A program made the translations under genes and the position numbers. The notes beneath the pieces were generated by a model. The model saw nothing but the letters and a program-made list of their open reading frames with translations, was not told where the DNA came from and ran no database searches. DNA of 63,202 nt, the filler included, from Phoronis australis (taxonomy: Eukaryota > Animalia > Phoronida): assembly GCA_002633005.1 (NCBI GenBank). It is 5 parts of 5 records of this genome, joined end to end, with 100 filler letters (N's around TTAATTAATTAA, not from the genome) between each part and the next. Parts side by side here need not be neighbours in the genome. Positions count along the whole stretch, not along the records: positions 1 to 28,095 come from NMRA01001028.1; 4 more parts are not named here. One strand, 5' to 3'. This document shows positions 12,001 through 25,200 of the stretch, one piece after another; the stretch's first letter is position 1; each line of letters begins with the position of its first letter.

Positions 12001-12358
12001 GAGGAAACACGGTGATGGTGACCATACCAGGATTGCCATTAGTTTGAAAAACATTGGAGAAGTGTATAGGAAAATGGGTAATTACGACCTGGCCTTACAA
12101 TACTACCAAGACTCACTGAGTATGATGAGGAGGGTGATTGGTGATGGTGACCATCCCTACGTTGCCCTTAATTTGTTTAGTATCGCGATTGTACATTTAT
12201 ATAAAGAAATGAGTAAGTTCGGCCTGGCCTTACAATACTACCGAAACTTACTGAGTATTTTTAGGAGAACACACGGCAGTGACTCTCTCTACATTAAAAT
12301 TATTTTGGTTAATATTGGGTGTGTGTATATTGAGATGTGTAAAAGCAACCTCTCCTAA
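9045..12358 (+). CDS. Large coding exon: N-terminal helical region, DUF294/GlnD-like Pol-beta nucleotidyltransferase, helical substrate-binding domain, and C-terminal array of 43-aa kinesin-light-chain-type TPR repeats
   Basis: 1111-aa ORF 9023-12358 with an acceptor CTCTTTTCAG ending at 9044. NTase motif AIAMGSLARGDATPYSDLEWAILV (GS...DxE, 9608-9652), then HDIKKE (10172), then about 10 repeats such as PSIATSLHNIGDVYKEMWQYDMALQNYQDSLSMKRRIHGDGDH. Confidence 0.9.
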
Positions 12359-12415
12359 CAATACTATCATGACTTTGGCTATGAAAACGAGGTTACTCCA
12401 AAAATAACATTAATC
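10996..12415 (+). repeat. Coding tandem array of 129-bp TPR units (about 10 full plus one decayed)
   Basis: Period 129 nt (ACAAAACTACCAAGAC at 11581 and 11710). About 110 bp are identical between 11574-11684 and 11703-11813. Confidence 0.9.
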
Positions 12416-12717
12416 TGAAAGTTCATTTTAAAAAGTGTTAGTTGTCTCAGTAGAATGAGCTTCTACTTAACTAGCTTGGTGTTGTTTTTAACTATCTTTA
12501 AGAATTGTTCGGTTTGCATGCATTTTAGGTGATTGAAGTCGTTGTACGGTGACGGGGAAATGATCTCAGGATCTTGGGGTGTCCTTTCCCAGGCATTGTA
12601 GATCATGAGGCGAATGTAGTGAAATTACTGAGCAACTATGTCTAAAAACGTTAATTGCAACAAATGAGACATTCTGATTGTGTACTGAATATGACAGTAA
12701 AAATACCAAGTCTATCA

Positions 12718-14657
12718 CAGTGGCGGATCTACGTTTTCATTAAGGGGCTTAGGATTCCCGCAAAGGTCGAATCCGTGGCGCGTGGCGNACAACTTTTTGG
12801 ATTTGCAGCCAAACAGTGAAATTTCCATGCATCCTGGTACGTTTCTGGCACTTAACATGTCCCTGGAGTTTTTCTTAAGACAATTAAAAACCCTTCTCGA
12901 TTTCAAGTTCGTCACATGAACTTGGCAAATAACTAGTTTCGTGAAACCATATTTGTGCACATCTGGGTATGAGTCACACCACCAGCAAAATTTTTTGTTG
13001 GAACATCTGCTTACACACACCTGTTTAGCATACGAAAAAGTGTGGTGTGTATACAGGGGTTTAGACAACTACCAAATATTCAAGAGCATAAGGAGCACCG
13101 ACGGGGCGTAAAAACTTGAAATCAGATGATCGCAACAGCCTCAAGCTGTTTAAGAACGTAGACCTGTACTGTTAGTCCAGAAATAAACATGTGTTCTGTC
13201 TCGTTACGAGAAACTGACACTGGCGACAATAAACAATTAAGTATCACTTTATTAAGCTGAATCACGTTGACAACAATTGAAAAACGTCAAATGTATCAGG
13301 AAACAAATCATCTGAAAACAGTTTCACGAAACCAAAACACTCCGTAGGCCTACGGGAACGTTGGTTCTATCTTTCTGTTGTCTAGACTGCCGAGGGATCT
13401 GTACATCGGATCTAATGGTTTGCTGCTCTTGGAACCATTCTACCCAGGCATCTTCGACGTTTGTTCCCAACGCCTGTACTTCGTCAACTGCTGTGTCAAT
13501 GAGCTCGTACGCCTCTACAATATCAGCATCTCGTTTCGCAGCTCAGTTGGCACTAACCCCCCTGAGGTTACCAAGTCCATTCAAAAGACTTACAGCATGC
13601 GCAACTAAATTTGATCCGTTCATCATGGTCTACTTCAAACGTTGACGATGTATCCCAGGACCCATTTGCGTCTCTTGCAATTTTCGAAATAAACGTGCCA
13701 ATGGTCTCACGCTTGAAACCCGAAGTACTAACATCAATGCCCATGGGCATGGGCGTTTCGTCGGGTGGGCCTTTCTGCGGAAATTCCCAATATAGGAAAC
13801 GGCAGTGGTGCTTATTGCTGGTAGAAAGACGGTAGGTGTTGAGGTCAGCACTAGGCCTCCTTAATTAGGAGGCCCATTGAACATCGCACGAGTCCCGCAA
13901 GACGTTGTTGTGAAAATACAGCTTGTCCGCAATTTCTGGTACTGTACACTGTTCGCGAATGCGGTCACTTTGTCAATGTGAGTGCACCCTTGGTCATTCC
14001 GTGTATAGACATAACATGTTAGAGTGCATCTTCAAACAGACTCGCAACCAGNNNNNNNNNNNNNNNNNNNNNNNNNNNNNNNNNNNNNNNNNNNNNNNNN
14101 NNNNNNNNNNNNNNNNNNNNNNNNNNNNNNNNNNNNNNNNNNNNNNNNNNNNNNNNNNNNNNNNNNNNNNNNNNNNNNNNNNNNNNNNNNNNNNNNNNNN
14201 NNNNNNNNNNNNNNNNNNNNNNNNNNNNNNNNNNNNNNNNNNNNNNNNNNNNNNNNNNNNNNNNNNNNNNNNNNNNNNNNNNNNNNNNNNNNNNNNNNNN
14301 NNNNNNNNNNNNNNNNNNNNNNNNNNNNNNNNNNNNNNNNNNNNNNNNNNNNNNNNNNNNNNNNNNNNNNNNNNNNNNNNNNNNNNNNNNNNNNNNNNNN
14401 NNNNNNNNNNNNNNNNNNNNNNNNNNNNNNNNNNNNNNNNNNNNNNNNNNNNNNNNNNNNNNNNNNNNNNNNNNNNNNNNNNNNNNNNNNNNNNNNNNNN
14501 NNNNNNNNNNNNNNNNNNNNNNNNNNNNNNNNNNNNNNNNNNNNNNNNNNNNNNNNNNNNNNNNNNNNNNNNNNNNNNNNNNNNNNNNNNNNNNNNNNNN
14601 NNNNNNNNNNNNNNNNNNNNNNNNNNNCCCCCTGAACCCCCCGTAGATCCGCCACTG
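12718..14657 (-). mobile_element. hAT-family DNA transposon with decayed PRKRIR/THAP12-like transposase (spans an assembly gap)
   Basis: TIRs CAGTGGCGGATCTACG (12718) and CGTAGATCCGCCACTG (ends 14657), flanked by TATCA on both sides. Minus-strand remnant at about 13340-13700: ...KRDADIVEAYELIDTAVDEVQALGTNVEDAWVEWFQE...IPRQSRQQKDRTNVP, with a stop and frameshifts. Confidence 0.75.
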
Positions 14658-16649
14658 TATCAAATCTAGAGGGTATTAAGACTTTCTGTTTACTCTTCTG
14701 TCATTCTGACATTAGTGTTCATGTTGGAATATCAACAATACCGTTAGGCATTTTCTGTATTTTTGTTTCTTTTTCGTTTTAATCAAACGTTTTAATAAAA
14801 GTTTATTTTTGATAGCCCAATTAGACCAACTTAATAACAATTTGTAGCTACATTTACGGTGCATTGCATAAGGCATGGTATCTAAAGATTGATGTTAATC
14901 CGACCAGTAGTTTTTGAGATATCATGTTACCAAGTTGAACATTTTCTTACGGTTCTACATGTCTTATCGTTGAACTAGCTTTGACGTTTGTACTTCATTC
15001 TTGCAAATACATGATACTTTAGCCAAAACAGACAACTGCTTATACCACCCACGTTGAAATGTTAACACTTAGCAGACGACGCTCACTCGGACGCGTTTTT
15101 ACCAATCAAAGCCAATATTTACACTGGTCGGTCTATGATGTCAGTAACCACATCTTTTGGAGAGGAAAATAGTCCGCACAACCCCCAAAATGGCATGCCG
15201 ACGGCGCTTTCTTGGTCGCGACCGTGAGGTTGGGCAAACTTGTTATATGCGTTGAACCAGTGAGCCATTGGTATGCTGTAATGTGATGAATAAAAATTGA
15301 TGAAATAACGACCCCGTTACAAGAAGTGAATCTGCAAAATGCAATGAAATAAGGAATTTTTAGGTACGGTAGCAGCCTTCTATTCATCTCGGAACATTTC
15401 AATTACCCTGTCCATCTGAACTGAGCACAGTTTAACAATGTCTCATTATTTTTCTGACACTGGGCGTGTAACACACCATTAATGAGGTGCAAGATTCTTA
15501 CACTGACTAAAATTTACTGGCACCGAGGGCCTAATGGATCCGTTCTCTTTCACAAAGGGAGATGAAGCTAAATGATACCATTAGGACGACTAAACCATGT
15601 ACTGAATAACACAATGCATATCCAATCGAAGAAAAGGTTTATTCTTTCACCATCACTTGATAACTACAAATTCAGTAAACATAAAATAAGCTCCCTGAAA
15701 TATGAAAATATAGTAAAAACACATCTAGCGATGAAGAATTGCAGACCAAGATGGCGTGATACGTCATGGTCCGCCATCTGGCGGTCAACACACAATGTAC
15801 AATATAAAACAAACACTTTTAATAACAATGGTGATAAAAACGAAAGAATTTTAACGGGAAACACAATCAACAAAATGACGGATTGGGGGTCCGATTGAAC
15901 AGAGATGCAAACCTGTTCGATACTTTTTTACTAGAACTGGGTATAAGAGAAAATGTCAAAGGTCAAATCTTGTGTATTCCATACATTCTCCATCCACAAA
16001 ACGTTTTACATTATAGAGTACGAGCACAGCAACAGAAAAGCTACAAGTAACGTGAAGTGCCCCCTAGTGTTATGTGTTCAAACTAAGGATTGTAACTTTT
16101 TACGAGATGGGAATAATAAGTAAAATTAACTGTGAAATCACAGAATTTGATAACAGCGTATCTAAGACTCAATAAAACCTGTCAATGATGTATTAATAAG
16201 GCTTTTATAATGTCAGAACGAACTCGTACTCGCTGCACTAGAACTATAGTGGATCACTTAGCTAGCCACAAAAACATGAATTGGTGCGTTGATTAATTTC
16301 ACGCGTCACACCAGCATTACCCAATGCGTGAAACTTCATTCCTCTGTTAATGGGATTTTAAAACGAGCCATCATCACTGATCATTACAGTCACGATGAAA
16401 TACAGATGCTACGTGTTTGTTACCAACATTATAAAATGAACAAATTGATATAGAGCAAACTGTTCAAATGCATGTGTACGTGATCATTACAAATTCACAT
16501 TTAAAGCGGCATTAAACTCGTGCCTTCTGTCACGAAGGCAAGTTCTGATTCAGATCTCTTACTATTATGAAATGGCTCTCAAATAGTTGGATGGTCAAAA
16601 AAGGTCCGTTTTCCAGGCGAAATATGCTAACCATGGGCGGGTTAACGGC

Positions 16650-16875
16650 CAAGTTGACCCTAATGCCAGCTGAAAACTTTACAAATTTTCAAGCTTTGGG
16701 CAAAGCGTCCACCAAGTTACAGGATAGAACCTTCTGTAAAACCGCCAATATCTTTATAACTGGCAAAATCTTTGAAAACGCCCTCTATCACGGAGAAATT
16801 TAGCTATCAAAACGAGCGCAACTCACTTGCCATTGGGTAAGTTAAAGAGAATGATGTCAATTTCAGTGTAACCTT
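16650..16875. repeat. Dispersed repeat, copy 2 (matches 80-282)
   Basis: Direct similarity to 80-282 with small indels. Confidence 0.8.
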
Positions 16876-19270
16876 GCCACATTCCGCGGTAAAATATGTG
16901 TATTTCACTGATGGTGACATGAAGTACTTCCTTTGAGTCATACCATTATGATATTATTGTATGGGGGCAAAAAATTTAAGGCATTTGCAAGTGCAAATCG
17001 ACATTTCCATTTTTGATTCACGTCCACAACCGACTTCTCAGAACTTTCAATTTTAAAAGCCTAGGCTCCCCTTAGCAGTGTTTTTCAGGTGTTTTGGGCG
17101 TCAACACAGGCGATGGAGTACAACATTGCACACAATTTCAATACTTTCCAGGATGCTCTATATCCCCCAAGAGGTCAGAGGTCATATAACCTTGGGTAGA
17201 TCAACAGTAAACAGCCAAGAGACCCAAAACATATCACACTCTCCAATACACATGGTTGTGATGGAAATATTCCATCCACCCTTCACCAACAATCCATCCA
17301 AAAGAGATATAGCATAAAGGCATATCCCCAGGGTTGAAACTCAACAAGCATGGCCTGGGATATGTGAAAGTTAAAACCAAACCTCTTGAATTGTCTTGTA
17401 ACCAGTCATCAGATAACCAGTTACAGTAGATTCAATGGGGTAAAGTTGTCTGATAATCCAGTTCTATGTATTTTACACTTAAACCAAGGGAAATGCAGCA
17501 ACAGGAAGGCTTGTCCATCATATACGTAAATGAACAGGGTATACTGGGATAGTCCTAGTATTTTGTCTGTCAATGATGTCATCGATTAGTCCTACATCTG
17601 CATTCAGGCTACACAGATCAAAATATTAACTTAGTACATGAATGCACTTTTGAAATCATTCCGTTTTTGATGAACATAAATTACACATTAAGTTGGACAC
17701 AGTTCAGCATTACACCTTTAAAAGGGCCCCTGCAGATCGATGAATTATCCCCTCTCCCCTAGCTCATCAATGTTGGTTTTGCAAAATATGATTAGTAGCT
17801 GATATATATTGAAAATTCCTCTGAATATAACAATAGAGCAGTAATACTCAACTGCAAATTATTGGCTGTGTATCGCAGTTACTGTTCGAATACAAATAAT
17901 TTTCTTCAATAAAAGTACAATTTTTTTCATAATGGATCGATGATAATTACACCAAAGAAAATACAACAAATAGCAATGTTTAGCGATTTCAGCTAGATTC
18001 AAAAGTTGAATGAATTCTATAAATATGACCAAAGAGAAATAATGTTTTTACTTAAAGTCAAAAAGAACTTTTAATATTATTAGGAAGTTTGTTTCCTGGC
18101 AACCATTTGCAGACTGGCCACTTTAGGGGTAAAAACATGCATTCCACAACTGTGATTTCAATCAAACATATTCTTTTATGACTCAAAATGCAAAATTGCT
18201 CAAAGCGGGGCTGCCAATGAACAAATCAAAATAAACATTGAGTTTCAACAATAAAATACCAAAGGAAATTAAATTGAATACAAACGTGTTCACCCTTACC
18301 ATTTTGCCAGCCAAACAAAATACTGCAAATACTGGAGAATGTAAACAAAACATTAAAAGCCAACAAAACTGACAATACAAAGCACTTAAAAGTTGTTTAT
18401 GCACAGATTAAAATCCTGTAGCCTGAATATCACTTACTTTAAAATGTCTTAACTTAAAATACAATACTGTTAATAAAACAAATATACCGTGTATCACTAT
18501 TGGTCATCTTGTGATTTTTGAGGCTCAGAATTAAACTTTTGATTTTCACCTTTCTCCAGATACTTGTTTCATCCCCAACCTTATAGAGGCCATGTTACAC
18601 TTGAGTTCTCAGGGTCAAGAATCAGTCCATAGGCCAGACAGTATTTTGGCATTGTGTTGCCAGAGCCTTGTCAAAAGGTTTTGAAATCTCCCCAGCAAGG
18701 TTTCTAATCTGCTCACAGGAGTTGATCACTCAATGTGTACACAATTCAGCATTTGGATTTAAATGTCTGACAACAGTGTTTCGGAATTCGACAGTCGCTG
18801 AACCGTTTCTCACCCCTGAGACTAGTTCCAACAAGACTGTACACCAAGGCAACGTGAAACAATTACAGCACTTCTAAATTAGATATGGCTCACATGAGAA
18901 AATGGCTTAGAATGAAAAAACATGGCTGCCACTTGGCATCTACTTAAAAACAAAATGGCTGCCAACTGAATGAATATGGCTACCATATCATGAGTAAATG
19001 TTCCAAAGGAACAAATATTTCACAATGTCTTCAACCCTATCTCTTTGACATTACTCTTCACTCAGTCACTTGATAGGTCGCTGAAGTATTGCCATAGCTG
19101 AGAGAGGCAGAACAAGCAAAAGTGTCTTTCACTCTGTGTAAGCTACAGGTCCGATGCTGCAGTTGCTTACCCAAGCCAGGTATTTCACAGGGCGACATTT
19201 ATAACACACAGCATACAGACTTGCAAGATGGTTGCCAATAAAACCACGAATATGGTTGGCAGTTTGTTCA

Positions 19271-22200
19271 TCATTTCTTTTTATACTGGTTGAGCACAGA
19301 CGCGCTAGGATGATACTGCCGATATTGCACCTGGAGAAATAAAAAGTCACAATAAACAATCGGTTCAAACAAGCAGATAAAAAGACAAACAAATGTAAAG
19401 TACAAGATTGTTATTTTTTCAAAATGAACAATTATGCAAAGCACAATACTTACAATTTCATTGTCTGATGGCACCCTGGATAGATAATCCAACAACTCAT
19501 TATTGGGAATGAAGTTTGGTTTACGTAACTTTTTTGTAAACTTGTTGATACCTGAAAACAGAATTGTCTAGTCTAAGATTTACCAAACGATGTGGATTAC
19601 ACTGTTGTTAGACACGACACACCACGTATAACTGTACTCCTCTCAGAACCACGTATCACTTCACCCCTCTCATAACACAAAGTGGTGCATTTAACATTAA
19701 AACAATGACGTGAGCTTAGCTTTGGCTTCAGTTTGAATGAAATTCAGGAAATAAATTCATCAAGAGGACAGAACTAAGCAAAAATATCACATAGACAAAA
19801 CAGTTTTTGAAATTGCTAAGACCTGTCAAATGAAGTCCACTGACAAAATTCAAATAGGAACAAACCACAGACAAAAAAGGAAAACATACTGTATCACACA
19901 GACAATATCTGGATAAAAACAGTTGCAAGACTATTAAGATTTTGGTTCAAGGCAAAACTGAGATGCACTCCGTAAATGGAAGACAACTGCACCAAGAAAT
20001 TTTTGCTTAATGAGCTTATGAAATGGTAAACGCAAACTTTGCCCAATGGTTCAACCTTACAGCCTCGTTGATCAATTGCTTGAGTAGTGATCATTTTGCT
20101 AATCTATGGTGGGCAACACAGCCACAACATCTCATGAAATGACATTCATACTGACTTAGCAATCACACATCATCAAGAGAAAGGTAACCATCCATCTACA
20201 AGATCTTGAATTATTCATCCTAAGTTGTGTTTACATATTTCTAAATAGTTTCAGTATAAGACAAATTCAAGTAATCAACAGACAAAATACTGTCTCCTGG
20301 TCACGACAGCTAATCATCATGACAAATTACACCCCACTCAAATTGATCACCTGTTGACCAGGCCATAACCATTCCCTTTATGTTTCAAATTCAATAATCC
20401 TAATTTGGTGGAAATATTTACTGGCGAAGTATTTTATAACAAAAATTTACATAAATAACTTGGGCATATCTTTGAAATAGGTTTGCTTCTTCGTTTGGCT
20501 GGGGCATACTTTGCTGTCACCAAAATTTCATGGATGTAATAAGAGATTGTGCTGGGTAAAACATCTCGCCTAGCCTGATCTTGGTGAAACAACTGTTACC
20601 AGAATTCCTTTGATGTCTTAAGAGACAGTGCTGGGTAAAAGATCTCACCTAGCGTAGTTTTGGTGAAGCAATGTCTGTAAATTTATGTTATTCCTATGTC
20701 ACGTGCTCACAGCAGAAGTTACAGGTAATAATTATACACTCAGGCAGTAAGGATCTAATTATAAAGTGCATTTAAGTTAGCCACCTAACTTTCCTTCTAA
20801 TTCCATTTCATTCACAGTCATACGGGATGGCTAGTTGGATTTCGCCCAGCTGACAAGACAGGAGTTAATGGTCATTTTGTCTGAATACTTTTGGCTTGCA
20901 CTGTATGAATTACGTTCACATCTTGCTGTGCTGAGAAATTGAATCACAAAATTAACTTTTACACTGGGGGTAATACAAGAAGGAGATACTACATAGTAAC
21001 CTACCCTTACAAGAACGAGATAAGAACTACCCTTTACCCTTGACTCAAAGGCTATCATGGGATTTGATGCTTAAATGAGGTCTCGTGCTTACCCACCCAA
21101 CAATCGCATTTCAATCGCCAGATTCCGCTTGGTCTTGTGCGACCTCCCCCTCCCGGTTCTTGCAAGAAACACGCTCTATTAAATGCACTCCCTGTTTATG
21201 GAATACCCCAACTGGTGTTTGTTTCCACACACCATGCGGGTCACTTACCCCAGGCAAGTATGAGGTATCGGAGGGGAATGTTGTAGAGTATCACCGTGGC
21301 AACACACAGCACTAACACAGCCAGTATAGATAGCCAAGGAATCGTCCAGTTGACCGCACTGTAAGACAAAAATCATGACACAGGTCTACACTCAATACCA
21401 TTGTACTCACACCAGCTCAGTTCCAATAACTACCAGCAGTATCAGTTATAGTCACATACAGGGGTCACGCATTTTGAGAACCAGTTCCCCACACTGAATA
21501 ATGCCCATCTAACTGGTTCTTAAAACCTGTCGACCCCTCAAAACAACTATCGCCACATTGCCTATTAAATTTGCATTTTATCGACTTACTGGCCACATGA
21601 GAAATCATTAAAAGTCACATTCAAGCCTATCCCAACTGATTTTCAAAATTTTCAAAATTCTAATATCCAATAAAGAAATAAGTGAACCAATAGCATACAT
21701 GAATAGTATGTTCTTTTTATTATGGGATGCACTGCAATTCTTTGCATTATGGGATGTACTGCAATTCTTTGCATTATGGGATGTACTGCAACTCTTTGCA
21801 TTATGGGATGTACTGCAACTCTTTGCATTATGGGATGTACTGCAACTCTTTGCATTATGAGATGTACTGCAACTCTTTGTATTATGGGATGTACTGCAAC
21901 TCTTTGTATTATGGGATGTACTGCAATTCTTTGTATTGTGGGATGTACTGCTATTCATTGTATAATGGGATGTACTGCAATTCTTTGTACTATGGGATGT
22001 TGGAGAAGATTCTGTAGTGCGGGTAAATACCACATTTTCAGAGATAATTAAGCACGATTTTTATTCCTAATTCGAGATTTCGAAGATGTGTTGCACTGTG
22101 GGCCAATGGCACAAACGATTTTTAGAAGAATATAATTCATGAATTACGCTTTGGAGAATGTGTTCGGTTGTGGGCGAATAGCACGTTCTTCAATAGCCGT

Positions 22201-25200
22201 AAACGGCAACTTGGCTATCAATCGAGGGTCTTACTTTTTGATTCGCTCCCCTAAGCAAGCTATACTGTCCAGTACTTCTTGAACTGTGAGACAGATCTCC
22301 TGTATGGCTTGTAGGCGATTGAGCAGAGATTTCTTTTCCTCCTGCATGGAAACAATTATACAACGGGTGTATATTAGGGCAGACACATCTGTTACTAAAA
22401 CATAGTGATACACTGATGGAATTATGAAACAACTCAGACATTATTATTGGATGACAATGGGAATGAAATAATTATTAGGTGAATTTGCACAGCACAGTTA
22501 TAAGAATAGTTATCAAGTAGATAAATTATTTGTCCCTGGATTAGTCAAAGTTTTGTGAAAATCGACCCAGAAGAAAGCCATAAAGAAAATCACACAATAT
22601 GAAAAATTACCAAAAATGCATTCTTGGATATTTCACAGATTTTCGAGGAAAACAAATTTTGCCAACTTTGTTTTGAAAGCTACTCCAATAGTTTTGATTT
22701 GCTTAATAAGTACCCTTTATAACATTGCATAACTTCACTTGTACTTCACAAATTTCTCACCTGAGTTTCATCCTCGTCCTCCTCATTACCCACCCCTGTC
22801 TCACCTGTCTCGTCTACCTGCAAAGGTGAACAGAGTAACCGCAAACTTGATGGGCAACTTCAAATAAAAATTGTAAGAAAACTTGAATGTCTTTTTGCAA
22901 TAAAAATTGGCTAAGACTTCGGAAATACTGTCAGATTATCATTGCTGGTCACTGAGCTAAACTATAGTTGGAGTCCTACTCAATGTACTTGATACATAAT
23001 AGTTACTACCAACACTTTTATCGTCACAGTCCGTCCTGAGTAGATGACACGCTCACACCAAATTCTTTGTTTGGCGGATGACATGCTATTTCACGCCCCT
23101 ATACATTACGCCAGTGATGTTAAGTTTCTTAATGAAACTGAAGAAGAGTGTTCTGATCATTAAGACAAAAGGCCAAACATTATGAGTGGTAGTTTAGTAT
23201 TCAAATCTGTTATAACACCCTGTCCAGTTAATAGTTGCAGAAGACTCTCAGTTTGCAACATGGCTATTTTGCGTTATGTGAAAAAGAGGCTGGATCTGTA
23301 ACTCACACCAGATGGTGTTGACAACTAGTGGATACATGCCGGAGAAAATAAAAAAATTAGGTCATACGTAGCCCGTTTCAGCGTGGGACAAAGCAAAATA
23401 ATACAGTGCTTGGTGGTCGGCAGAGTTTAATACACTTGGCGCAGACTGGCAGAGCAGAAAGCACACCACTAGAAGCTGTCATGTTTAACAAATGATAGCA
23501 AAGATTTGAGCAGAGAAGAATCAGTACACATGGTCATAGTTCAAATGTATTAATCACCTTAACCGACAGGCCAACACATGCACTTCAGTGAAGACAGACA
23601 GTGGAGCTGGTATTGTTCTCATGGACAACTTGATGACATATGAAGATTATAAGTGGTCACTGGAAGACATGCCTGGAGCATGTTTCATTTATTTACCATG
23701 ATGTTGTTTTAGAGAGTCTAAACAGATAACTACAACAGATTAAGTTTTGAGTACTGTAAGCCTTCATTTAGACAATGTGTAAAAAACGTTAGCAATTTGA
23801 AATAGTGAAAGCGGCCACTGGTACCTAGCTAGACTCTACGGTAGTCAACAGGCCAAAATTGGATTACAGCAGAGTCCATTCAATTAGACATTTCATTAGC
23901 TTTTAATATCAACTGATATACCAGACAGGATCTCTGGCAGTCTGTAGCTGGCATATATCTGTCAGGGCAGATCTTGGCTATGGCTATTGAACAAAATCTA
24001 CATTATTATTATTATGATTCCATAAAATTCATCACCACTTACTATTGGTTGTATCTGTGGATTCTCCTTGTAGAAAGACTGTCTAACTTGACTGATGAAG
24101 AAATTCCACAAGAAGAGCAGTATCAATGTAACGGGCAACATATAGAGCTCGAAGTTCCACACCGCAACAAGAAATATCTGAAATCGGAAAATCAAATCTT
24201 ATTAAATAGCATGGTGTAAAAGACCTCCACTTTGGGACAGGTGTTACCAAGTCGGATCACCTAAAAATACCAAAAACGTTGCGGACATTGGCAAAGGTAT
24301 AACTTACAAGAAATGGAAGCAGAAGAATCTTTCCGAAAGCAGAAATGGTCAACAAGCCTTGTTTTGATACCCGATATTACAAGAAAACACTCAATTTGTT
24401 TGAATGTGGTTAAAATGTGTAAAATCTGACCACACATCAATCAGATACTTTGTGATGGAGTTGTCTTACCATTGGTGAAGTAATGACTGTGGATACTTAC
24501 AACAAACACTAGGATAGTTTGAGCAGGCACTTCCCAGTCAAAGCAACTCTGTATAAAGTTCCTCACTTGCAAAATGGACGAGATCATACTTGACACCCGA
24601 CTAACATTTTGTTTCATCACCTACAACAGATGGCAGCTTTGTCAATGGGATAGACAATCGCAGAGAAAAACTAACTATCAAATAAGTTTTGAAGCGAAAT
24701 GTTTTCCAACCAAAGTTTGGACACTGTCTTATCAAGTTGTTTTATATGTACCAGATAGTCTAATTGGCCCTCTGATGGATTCCATGCACCACGGTAGTGA
24801 GTAATATTTACAACATGTAAAATATGTGCTGCCAACATTTTCATTCAACTTCTGTCTTCTGGTGATCATTAGTTATTCACAATCCGATACAACAAAATTT
24901 GCCAATGGAGATGACAAAAACAAAAATGTCACTTTACTAAGCGTCCAACCACTACATCAAAATTGTGTCGAACAGTACTCACAGCTAATTTAAACTTTGG
25001 CTCCGCTTGCATAATTTTCTCTTCTCTCGGGTTGAAAGTGCGAACAACAGCTTTTACCTGAAATAAAAACCATTACTTACAATAAACATTAGGAAAACCA
25101 AAGTTGGTTTCGTTCATAACCGTAACTCATTTTGATACCTACACCCACATATTTTTCAGCCAAGGTTTCATGGTTCTTTTGAAACACTGCACAATGGATT

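Noticed and set aside
9023-12358. cGAS/cGLR (Mab21) or OAS assignment; MNT-HEPN RNase assignment
   Set aside because: The motif context (GSLAR...PYSDLE, DIKK helix) fits GlnD/DUF294 better, and I see no RxxxxH RNase motif in the helical domain.
12716-12722. CACAGTG (RSS heptamer) at a transposon end with a 5-bp TSD, suggesting Transib/ProtoRAG
   Set aside because: The CA belongs to the TSD, the other end reads TACAGTG, no nonamer was found, and the internal remnant is hAT-like rather than RAG1-like.
13923-14669. ORFs of 203-248 aa
   Set aside because: They consist almost entirely of N-gap translation.
21608-22051. Cys-rich repetitive ORFs; CRISPR-like array
   Set aside because: They arise from a 27-bp minisatellite with no unique spacers, inside a eukaryotic intron. 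The same applies to the other tandem arrays.
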